From: Cyanobacteria bacterium FACHB-502
GTDB lineage: Bacteria; Cyanobacteriota; Cyanobacteriia; Elainellales; Elainellaceae
Length of the DNA stretch: 32,000 bases
Direction of reading: 5' to 3'
Assembly (NCBI GenBank): GCA_014695325.1
Contig: JACJNZ010000093.1
Coordinates: 21,915 to 53,914 of the forward strand
How positions within the stretch are numbered: the stretch's first letter is position 1; each line of letters starts with the position of its first letter. Positions 17,596-25,175 of the stretch are shown here, in pieces. The position numbers and the translations under genes were made by a program. Under the pieces are notes generated by a model. The model saw nothing but the letters and a program-made list of their open reading frames with translations, was not told the origin of the DNA and did no database searches.

Positions 17596-19662
17596 ATGAC
17601 TGATCTTGACCAAAAGATAAATACTTTTTTTCCAGGACTCGTTGTTCGGAAAGATCTTGTCAAGACTGTCAAGGGAAATGCGATCGTCCCATCTTATGTC
17701 CTGGAATATCTGCTAGGTCAGTATTGTGCGACCAATGACGAAGCCTCCATTCAAACGGGAATAGAAACTGTCAAGGAAATATTACTTAAGCACTACGTAC
17801 ATAGAAACGAGGCTGGACTTGTACGCTCCAACATTAAGGAAAGAGGTCGCTACAAAGTTATTGATAAAATCAGCGTTGCCTTAAATGACAAAGCTGATGT
17901 CTACGAGGCTGAGTTCGCGAATCTTGGCATCAAGAAAGTGCTGGTTGATTCTGGCACAGTTAAAGTCCATCCCAAATTATTAGTCAGTGGGGTCTGGTGT
18001 ATTGCAGACATCGAATATGAGTTCACCGAAAATACAAATACCAGCCCCTGGATCCTGTCTACACTGAAACCTATCCAATTATCTCACTTCGATTTTGAGG
18101 GTTATGTAGAGGCTCGGAAGCAGTTCACGACAGATGAGTGGATTGATCTGCTCATTCAGAGCATTGGCTTCAATCCAGATTTATTTGGTAAGCGGAGCAA
18201 GCTGATGCAGCTGATCCGTCTAATCCCTTTCTGTGAACGCAATTACAACCTGATTGAGCTTGGACCCAAGGGAACCGGCAAGTCCCATATTTACTCTGAA
18301 TTTTCACCTCACGGCATCCTGCTCTCTGGTGGTGAAGTCACTGTCCCTAAACTTTTTGTCAACAACGCTTCTGGGAAGGTCGGCTTGGTTGGCTATTGGG
18401 ACGTCGTAGCCTTTGATGAGTTTGCTGGGAAACAGAAGCGGGTCGATAAGTCCCTTGTGGACATCATGAAGAACTACATGGCAAACAAGTCTTTCTCGCG
18501 TGGTGTCGAAACGCTGGGTGCAGAAGCCTCAATGGTCTTTGTAGGGAACACACAACACACTGTTCCTTACATGCTTAAACATTCTGATCTGTTTGAAGAG
18601 CTGCCCAGTAAATTCTACGATTCTGCTTTCCTTGATCGCATTCACTTCTACATTCCCGGATGGGAAGTAGACATCATTCGAGGTGAAATGTTTTCAAGTG
18701 GCTATGGATTCGTAGTAGACTACCTCGCTGAGATCCTCCGGGCATTTAGGAGTCGTGATTATTCAGATCGCTACAAAGAGCAGTTCTCCTTATCTTCAGA
18801 CATTTCTACTCGAGATAAGGATGGAATTAATAAAACTTTTTCCGGCTTAATGAAGATACTCTTTCCACATAATGAAGCTACTACACAGGAGGTTGAGGAA
18901 CTCCTTAAGTTTGCAATTGAAGGACGGAAGCGGGTTAAAGATCAGCTGATGCGTATTGATTCAACCTACTCAACTGTCCAATTTATCTATTTTGATAGCT
19001 CAAACCACTTCAAATCAGTTACCACTTTAGAGGAGGAAGAGTATCCTCATTACTACCACAGGATTGCAGATGAAACTAGCATCGAAGATGCTGTGCTTGC
19101 TGACAACTCTCTACAGGCAACGTCTGTTTCTCAGAATGCTACTGTACTAACGAATGTTGACCTGAAGGAAAAACATCTCACTTTTCAGGAGAATCAACGG
19201 GGCGTTTCTTTTGAAACGCTGTTTGGCTCCTACTTGCAGGGGGTAAAAAGAGTTATTGTTACTGACCCTTACATACGTCTCTTCTACCAAGTGCGTAACT
19301 TTATGGAACTCCTCGAAACAATTGTGAAATACAAGAATTGTGAGGAAGAAGTTTCTGTTCACCTAGTTACAGCAGAAGACGATTTCAAGGGTACTCAGCA
19401 ACAGGAGTACTTTCAAAGAATTCGGGAATCTTGTAGCACAGTAGGCATAGATTTCACGTGGAAGTTTGACGAAAGCGGAACAATCCATGCCCGACACATA
19501 CTAACGGACCATGGGTGGAAGATTCTTTTAGATCGAGGTTTAGACATCTTCCAACACTACGATATGAATGATGCTTTTGCTTTTACCAATCGGCTTCAGC
19601 AATTCAGAGCATGCAAAGCTTTCGAGATAACTTATGTTAAAGACCAAGTTTTGAAAGATTAG
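17596..19662 (+). CDS. brxL: BREX AAA+ (Lon-like) protein BrxL
   Basis: The N-terminal region LVVRKDLVKTVKGNAIVPSYVLEYLLGQYCA...YKVIDKISVALN...VYEAEFANLGIK matches BrxL. P-loop ELGPKGTGKSHIY and Walker B VVAFDEF are present. The C-terminal ~160 aa carries DPYIR...IHARHI...GWKILLDRGLDIF, which resembles an MIT_C/PLD-like fold (see findings). Confidence 0.9.
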   Translation: MTDLDQKINTFFPGLVVRKDLVKTVKGNAIVPSYVLEYLLGQYCATNDEASIQTGIETVKEILLKHYVHRNEAGLVRSNIKERGRYKVIDKISVALNDKADVYEAEFANLGIKKVLVDSGTVKVHPKLLVSGVWCIADIEYEFTENTNTSPWILSTLKPIQLSHFDFEGYVEARKQFTTDEWIDLLIQSIGFNPDLFGKRSKLMQLIRLIPFCERNYNLIELGPKGTGKSHIYSEFSPHGILLSGGEVTVPKLFVNNASGKVGLVGYWDVVAFDEFAGKQKRVDKSLVDIMKNYMANKSFSRGVETLGAEASMVFVGNTQHTVPYMLKHSDLFEELPSKFYDSAFLDRIHFYIPGWEVDIIRGEMFSSGYGFVVDYLAEILRAFRSRDYSDRYKEQFSLSSDISTRDKDGINKTFSGLMKILFPHNEATTQEVEELLKFAIEGRKRVKDQLMRIDSTYSTVQFIYFDSSNHFKSVTTLEEEEYPHYYHRIADETSIEDAVLADNSLQATSVSQNATVLTNVDLKEKHLTFQENQRGVSFETLFGSYLQGVKRVIVTDPYIRLFYQVRNFMELLETIVKYKNCEEEVSVHLVTAEDDFKGTQQQEYFQRIRESCSTVGIDFTWKFDESGTIHARHILTDHGWKILLDRGLDIFQHYDMNDAFAFTNRLQQFRACKAFEITYVKDQVLKD

Positions 19663-20115
19663 CTTGTGCTGAATGTTAAAACATCCTCTAGTTGAATAGC
19701 ACTGGCATAAGATAGAAATTCTGATAGATATGAGATTCAAGAGCCGGCACTTGACCTCCTTATGTTTGGCTTAACGGAAGACTGGAACTTATAGGCAAGG
19801 CACTGCTTGTGCCCAGAACTGATTAAGTCGGTCAGCAGACCAGCTATCTGTCAGCTCAAATCCTTACAGGGCAGTACTTTCCTTCATTCAGCTCCTTCTT
19901 ATGTCAGTTTCATTCTCCTCTAGTTGAATTTTGCTTGGTTGAGAATTGATTGCAACGACTAAGCTAACCTCTTCTTGCTACAACGGGACTAATGAGAACT
20001 TTTTTAGATCTTTACATCTATTGAAGTAACATAAGTGATCCTACGCTATGTATAGAAGGGATAAATAGATATTTTGGAGAAATACTAGTAAATTCCAAGA
20101 GTAAGGAAGCGAGTC

Positions 20116-20364
20116 ATGTTGGACACAATCGCAAAGGCTCCAGTTCAAGCTGCGTGGAGTTGGTTGCAGAGTTCCTTATCAGGCATAGCAGATGCACCAG
20201 GAGTGCTTATGAAGGGAACACAAGCAATAATGTCTTTACTTGCAACAGGTGTCTTGACTCTAGCAGCCGGATGGTTCATCATCTTCAAGGCGTTTGACAT
20301 ATCGATAATAATTACAAAAGAAGCAATTCAAATCACAGCATCTGCTGGATCTAAGTCAGCATAG
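20116..20364 (+). CDS. Hypothetical small (82 aa) membrane protein
   Basis: ATG preceded by AAGGAAG about 7 nt upstream. There is one clear hydrophobic segment (AIMSLLATGVLTLAAGWFIIFKAF). I recognise no family, and it sits in an otherwise non-coding 1-kb gap. Confidence 0.3.
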   Translation: MLDTIAKAPVQAAWSWLQSSLSGIADAPGVLMKGTQAIMSLLATGVLTLAAGWFIIFKAFDISIIITKEAIQITASAGSKSA

Positions 20365-20544
20365 TTTGCAGGATTGTCCTTAGCTTGAGCTTTATTTCTG
20401 AAATTCTTCCGCTTGGATAGCAAAAATCTGGGCGGTTGTTCTTGTTCTCCTACCACTCATAAGTTTTCTTTAAGTTCAACCGGTTTTCAAGTCAAGCCTT
20501 ACCAGAAAATTAGCATTTGAGGTTAATACATCAACTTATATCAT

Positions 20545-20640
20545 GGGATTGCGACAGGATACACGTAAAAACCTGCAAAATAGCCCTCTAAGCCTTAATT
20601 TGCAAAGCTTCTAGCGATTCAATTCTAAATGGGATGAACA
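20545..20640 (+). repeat. Repeat family A, copy 1 (96 nt)
   Basis: GGGATTGCGACAGGATACACGTAAAAACCTGCAAAATAGCCCTCTAAGCCTTAATTT... aligns, by eye at roughly 80 percent identity, with the reverse complement of 22202-22297. Its first ~37 nt also align with 21952-21988. Confidence 0.8.
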
Positions 20641-20727
20641 GGTTGGTTAGTTGCTGTAGTCAGCAGAAAGGTAAGGTTGCAGATTTCTTGCTTAGATTAC
20701 GAGACCTAAATACTCAACAACAATCAG

Positions 20728-21846
20728 TTACAGCCGTTTCAGCCAGTACTCTAGTGCTAAATCTGTCAGCAAGTCCCAAAGGATTGTCTGTGTGGCATCC
20801 TCTATAAATTCTGGGAGAGAGCGGAAGTATTTCTCAATCTCTAACGGTATGTGCGAATTGAGAGCACCATCTCTACGCAGTCTCATTTGCATGACGTGTT
20901 TACCCGCCATATACCGATCATTCCCGAAGTCAAAAATAACTTCATGCTCTCTGAGCTTTTCGCTCTCAGGCTGTAGCTTGGTTCTCCACTCTGCAAGCAG
21001 TTTCATAGTTCCCATCCCTTCTGGCACATACCCGATGTGGGTTATATCCTGCCCATTACTCCACAGTCGCATTCGTCCAACTATTTGTCTTCTATTTGTC
21101 AGAAGATTGGGTCCGGGCAACCACAAGAAAAGAACCGGCTTGAGGGGATTCCTTGAAAACCTGATTTCTGCACAAAGTTTCTTCTGCCCGGCTCCGTAGG
21201 TAATACTTGCCGTTTCCACAATCTCCTGTATTTGAGGGTGAAAGGTCATCAGTTTTGCACGCACCTTTAGCATCTGTTCTTGCTCTGAAGGAGTACAGGC
21301 TCCTAAAGAATCAAGCAGCCGTCTGGGAGGAGGTGGAACATTGTCAAAAAGATGGGAAAGATCGGTTTCTTGATACAGAATGACAATTTTTCTATATTGG
21401 TTTTCGCCCTCCGTGAGGCAAAGGAGGAACGTGTCGTTTTCCTGAATAACCTTAACAACAAGGAACTCAATCAGAAGCTTGTTGAACTTACGATCAATTA
21501 AGTTATGGCGATGGAAGCTTGGTGCAAGCGCAATCAAACGAACTGGCTTGTCGTAATCGACTCGGTCTTGAAACGGCTTCACTTCAAGCATGTTGGCGTA
21601 GTACCGCGTTAACTGCTGAACTACATAGCGATCCTCTGTGTTTTTCAACTCTAGGATGGTCAGCGAGCGGTCACTGCTTACCGCTACAATGTCACAAATC
21701 TCACCGTTAATACCTAGCTGACGCGCAAGAGGGTCCAAGCTAAACAATTGGTTCAAATTCGCCCATATAAAGTCTTCTAAAACGGCTTCGCTAGCAAATT
21801 CCCACCCATTGCCTGTTTTTCGTAAAGCAACATTAGTTTGTAGCAT
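20728..21846 (-). CDS. 372-aa hypothetical protein with an N-terminal PD-(D/E)xK (NucS/DUF91-like) motif
   Basis: Long ORF starting at an ATG. The N-terminus EDFIWANLNQLF...GEICDIVAVSSDRSLTILELKNTEDRYVVQQLTRYY gives D...E-x-K spacing like restriction-endonuclease-fold proteins. I recognise nothing in the C-terminal 250 aa. Confidence 0.7.
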   Translation of the reverse strand: MLQTNVALRKTGNGWEFASEAVLEDFIWANLNQLFSLDPLARQLGINGEICDIVAVSSDRSLTILELKNTEDRYVVQQLTRYYANMLEVKPFQDRVDYDKPVRLIALAPSFHRHNLIDRKFNKLLIEFLVVKVIQENDTFLLCLTEGENQYRKIVILYQETDLSHLFDNVPPPPRRLLDSLGACTPSEQEQMLKVRAKLMTFHPQIQEIVETASITYGAGQKKLCAEIRFSRNPLKPVLFLWLPGPNLLTNRRQIVGRMRLWSNGQDITHIGYVPEGMGTMKLLAEWRTKLQPESEKLREHEVIFDFGNDRYMAGKHVMQMRLRRDGALNSHIPLEIEKYFRSLPEFIEDATQTILWDLLTDLALEYWLKRL

Positions 21847-21951
21847 TTGCTGTGTTTCGCTTCAGGTCTTTCCAGATTCGGTGTTTTGACATCCAGGAGT
21901 GTAATTCAAATTTAGTTCATGCTTATGGGATTGGAGCCAGCGAATCAGCAA

Positions 21952-22023
21952 GGGATTGCGACAGGATACATGTAAAAACCTACAAGATGAGGTTTAATTC
22001 CTTATCTTGCAAGCATTTCAGCG
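21952..22023 (+). repeat. Repeat family A, copy 2 (partial)
   Basis: GGGATTGCGACAGGATACATGTAAAAACCTACAAGAT matches copy 1 with 4 mismatches over 37 nt. Homology becomes patchy further on (TTAATT..TGCAAG...CAGCG). Confidence 0.7.
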
Positions 22024-22201
22024 TTTGCTTCTTTCGATATTCGATAAATGCTTAAATTCCTTAGGTAGTACATGTTTGGGCTATTTTTGGACTAAGTACT
22101 ACTCAAAAATGACTAGTACACACCCGCTTTTTTAGCCTCTTTGATGGCTGAAACCCTCATTCTTTCGTTAAGTAGTTGCATTACATAGCAGCTACACGGG
22201 A

Positions 22202-22297
22202 TGTTCATTCCATCTAATGCTGAGTCGCCAGAAGTTATGAAAATTAAGGCTTAGAGGGCTATCTTGCAGGTTTTTACACGTATCCTGTTCCAATCCC
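22202..22297 (-). repeat. Repeat family A, copy 3 (inverted relative to copies 1 and 2)
   Basis: The reverse complement reads GGGATTGGAACAGGATACGTGTAAAAACCTGCAAGATAGCCCTCTAAGCCTTAATTT...ATGGAATGAACA, colinear with 20545-20640. Confidence 0.8.
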
Positions 22298-22389
22298 CTG
22301 ATTGTCTTCAAAGGCTTGAATAGAGGAACTTTGAGAGAATCGGAAGAGAAAGTTGTCTTAGAATTGTCAGATAGAGATAAGTGAAGTTT
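22295..22389 (+). repeat. Repeat family B, left arm (~95 nt) of an inverted pair
   Basis: The reverse complement (AACTTCACTTATCTCTATCTGACAATTCTAAGACAACTT...CAAGCCTTTGAAGACAATCAGGG) aligns with 24050-24143 at roughly 85 percent identity by eye. Confidence 0.8.
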
Positions 22390-22484
22390 GTTCTACATAA
22401 GCAGCCTCAGTATGAACCCTAGATTGGAATGAAGCAATTTGTCACTACTCGATTGAGGGGTTAAGCGGCAGTACGAACGGAGCC

Positions 22485-23072
22485 ATGAGGGCAGATATGC
22501 CGTGCCGAACGATCTGTTGGACACCGATTTGGAACAAGGAGCGAGAGGGGATAGGGCTGGAGCATCTCCTTCTAACTGAGCATACAGCTGACAGCGTCGT
22601 GCTCGCGTTTGACGAAGAGCACGGCCCATTCCGCCTCACCTATCGCCTGAGATGGAACGAATCGTGGCAGCTCCGCACTGCAGATCTAGTCGTTGCCATG
22701 CAGCACTCCACTAAATCGCTAAGTCTGCAAACGGACGGACAAGGACAATGGCGAGACGGTGACGGACAGTCTAATGCAAAGCTGGATGGCTGCATGGATA
22801 TCGATATCTGGCCCACTCCTTTCACTAACAGCTTCCCCATTCGCCGCGAGCCGCTGGCTATTGGAGAGCGGCGGCAGTTCCGCATGGTGTGGATTGCCGC
22901 GCCGGATCTAACCGTGCAGCCACAACCGCAGGCTTATACGCGGCTGTCCGATCGGCTCTACCTGTTCGAGAATCTTGACGGTAGCGGATTCACGGCGCAG
23001 CTACCTGTGGACGAAGATGGTATCGTGTTAGACTACCCGGACCTATTCCAGCGGGTGATAGCTAGCAAGTGA
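22485..23072 (+). CDS. Putative glycolipid-binding domain protein (DUF1089-like)
   Basis: About 190 aa with W....EGIGLEHLLL..., YRLRWNESWQLRTADLVV, IDIWPTPFTNSFPIRR and VDEDGIVLDYPDLFQRV. This layout matches what I remember of the 'putative glycolipid-binding' family. Coding GC is high. The start may be ATG 22497. Confidence 0.65.
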   Translation: MRADMPCRTICWTPIWNKEREGIGLEHLLLTEHTADSVVLAFDEEHGPFRLTYRLRWNESWQLRTADLVVAMQHSTKSLSLQTDGQGQWRDGDGQSNAKLDGCMDIDIWPTPFTNSFPIRREPLAIGERRQFRMVWIAAPDLTVQPQPQAYTRLSDRLYLFENLDGSGFTAQLPVDEDGIVLDYPDLFQRVIASK

Positions 23073-23185
23073 GTAGCAAGAGGGATACTTGAGCACTTAT
23101 CCTGATTACACCCCAAACCTCACAACTCAACTAGTTCCTAAATCAATCGGTCTGACTAATTCACCTCACCGAATGGGTGTGATCG

Positions 23186-23848
23186 TCAACAGTCCGGGTC
23201 ATACTCATCGTCATCTTTCCGGCTCGTACATCCACCGCACGAGACCGTAGCAGACCAATCGACGACAGTGTCGGGCCAACCATATAACTGCCCTGGTACA
23301 AGCGCCAGGGAATTCAACCAGTCTACAAACGGCAAGAAGTAGGAAGCATTAGAATTACTGCGATGCCCCTGAGTCTGGTGGCAAATAGGTCGGAGATGCT
23401 CTGCCAGCCTGATTGCTCTATTGCCGAAATAATAGAAGTTGCGTGAAATCAGTACGTTCTTGCCCCGTAGATCAGTATCCATATTTCCCGGTCCATGTAC
23501 GCTTCGACGTTGCGTAGGGCGACCATTCGAGAAATTGTAGATGCAGTCCCCTAACCGTTCATGAAGCGCGAGGCTCTCTACGTTTGGGATGCGGTGAGTC
23601 CAGCGAGTCGGGGCAAAATAATCGTAGTCCTGGAGTGAAAGCACCTCCTCCACCTGCATGGCATACACCAGACGACCGCTGAGATCACCGCTGGGTGCTT
23701 TCTTTGAACCAAGGCCCGCAACCCAATCGCCGACCTGGGCAGTTCGACGAATGCCGGGCTTGCAGATGGCAAGTGAGCACATTCCGTAAAAGGGATTTGG
23801 GGCAGCACCGTCATCTATCGGGATAGTGTACGTGAAAAGGCGGGGCAT
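23186..23848 (-). CDS. Cys-rich conserved hypothetical protein, possibly Nmad2-like (nucleotide-modification-associated domain 2)
   Basis: From ATG 23848 the protein starts MPRLFTYTIPIDDGAAPNPFYGMCSLAICKPGIRRTAQVGDWVAGLGS. The GxAPNPFxGxC(T/S)LAxCKPxIRR...GDW motif is one I associate with Nmad2-type proteins, from memory and unverified. The ATGs at 23875 and 23959 are alternative starts. Confidence 0.6.
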   Translation of the reverse strand: MPRLFTYTIPIDDGAAPNPFYGMCSLAICKPGIRRTAQVGDWVAGLGSKKAPSGDLSGRLVYAMQVEEVLSLQDYDYFAPTRWTHRIPNVESLALHERLGDCIYNFSNGRPTQRRSVHGPGNMDTDLRGKNVLISRNFYYFGNRAIRLAEHLRPICHQTQGHRSNSNASYFLPFVDWLNSLALVPGQLYGWPDTVVDWSATVSCGGCTSRKDDDEYDPDC

Positions 23849-24049
23849 AGCATATGGCGATGAATAAGTTTCCATAGGGAGCAAGCTGAACAGTTTGTGA
23901 CAATGACCCATCAATTTCAGCTTGAATTTTCCCCACCGTATTCCCGATTCAGGAAGCACACCGGTTGTTCCGGTTTATTCAAACCTTTTGTGTCGCGTGG
24001 GGAAGTTAGGCATAGTCGAAGGAGAAGTTGTGTTGATTTCAGGTAGAGA

Positions 24050-24143
24050 TAACTTCACTTATCTCTACCTGACAATTCTAAGACAACTTCCACGTCCAAT
24101 CTTCTCAAAGCTCCTTTAATCAAGCCTTTGAAGACAATCGGGG
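24050..24143 (-). repeat. Repeat family B, right arm of the inverted pair
   Basis: See 22295-22389. This arm additionally forms a local hairpin, AGGTAGAGATAA-cttcac-TTATCTCTACCT, at 24041-24070. Confidence 0.8.
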
Positions 24144-24165
24144 TACTGCTAGATGCCAGTTCAAC

Positions 24166-24215
24166 TTGATGCGTGTCAAAATAAGGTCAAGCATTACGAA
24201 TTTGACACGCATCAA
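24166..24215. repeat. Hairpin H1: perfect 15-bp stems TTGATGCGTGTCAAA / TTTGACACGCATCAA with a 20-nt loop
   Basis: Direct reading: 24166-24180 is the exact reverse complement of 24201-24215. Confidence 0.9.
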
Positions 24216-24493
24216 AACTGAAGTACCTCCAACTAAAAGCCAGACTTGCAGAGCTAGAGACAGAGATCGCTGCCCTTCAAGCAGCGGGAGGGCAACCCTC
24301 AGTTCAGTATCGCTTGAGGGTGCAGGGGCAGAAGGCGCGCTACTTGAAAGCTGACCAAGTGGCAGAAATGCGAGCGGCGATCGAGCGAGGCAAGCGGCTC
24401 AAGCAATTAGCGCGAGAGCAGCAAAAACTAAGAGCAAAGATAGAGCAATTAGTAGTGAAGGCAGCGGAGCTAGGGTTGAAGCTACCGGATTAA
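24206..24493 (+). other. 95-codon open frame encoding a charged coiled-coil-like peptide, without an obvious canonical start
   Basis: The frame is open from the TGA at 24203 to the TAA at 24491 and reads ...LKARLAELETEIAALQAAGG...RYLKADQVAEMRAAIERGKRLKQLAREQQKLRAKIEQLVVKAAELGLKLPD. The only in-frame ATG is at 24368 (41 codons). Earlier in-frame TTG, GTG and CTG codons exist. It may be a gene fragment. Confidence 0.3.
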
Positions 24494-24512
24494 GCTGAAC
24501 CTGCATCATCGT

Positions 24513-24565
24513 TTTGATGCGTGTCAAAACTTGGCTAGTTGCTTTCAAACTTGACACGCATCAAA
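24513..24565. repeat. Hairpin H2: 15-bp stems TTTGATGCGTGTCAA / TTGACACGCATCAAA with a 23-nt loop
   Basis: 24513-24527 is the exact reverse complement of 24551-24565. It shares the 14-nt core TTGATGCGTGTCAA with H1. Confidence 0.9.
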
Positions 24566-25175
24566 TTTCTTCAGACTTGAGCAAGCTGAGAGATTCGCTT
24601 GCTCTCTAATGTCTCTCACAGTTAGCAAAAGCTCTTTAAAGTTAATAGGTGAGTCTGCGATCGAATCACCTTTCGGTGGGCAACGGTAAAGGAGAAGCAG
24701 GAGACGCGATCGGTCCCGGTGTCCCTAGAATTGGAGTAATTGCTGAAGGGGTATCGGAGTAAATCTCTGGGCAAAAAAGCCTCTCGCCGTTGCAGCGGTA
24801 TCTTGATGTGACTGAGAGGGATTAAGGCATAGCGCGCTGCTCCGCAGATACCGCAAGGGTCGTGACAACGCGTTTTCGACCCTAATAGGTTTTGCTTGTC
24901 CTTTGGCAATTCCACCTGCTCAGCCTACAAACATTGCCGAAAATGCCTCATTTTGGCTATGTTTTCGACAAGCTCAGCTTGTTCAAATTTGCGCAAATTC
25001 TTGTAGTGACAGTAAATATTCTCCTTAAAGAAAGTCTTGAGTATTCTAGGTCTCCCAAGTACTTCAAATAAAATTGCTTCAAGGTGCTAGTGATTGTTGT
25101 CGATGACTGAAGTCGTTTTCCTATCACTGATGTAGGGCTGACGATAGAACCTATTAGAAGTAAGGAATTAAGAAG

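Noticed and set aside
19684-19930. 13-nt direct repeat TCCTCTAGTTGAAT (about 19685 and about 19917) downstream of brxL
   Set aside because: It is a single short pair with no associated structure or gene, which is compatible with chance or a minor duplication.
24166-24354. 62-aa ORF (MMRVKIRSSITNLTRIK...) from the ORF track
   Set aside because: It starts inside hairpin H1 and is out of frame with the longer, more protein-like coiled-coil frame. It is most likely an artefact of the palindrome.
20545-24565. Possible CRISPR array, given the multiple repeated sequences
   Set aside because: The repeats are 37-96 nt long, imperfect, in mixed orientation and irregularly spaced around protein-coding genes. 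There is no short direct-repeat/spacer periodicity and no cas genes.
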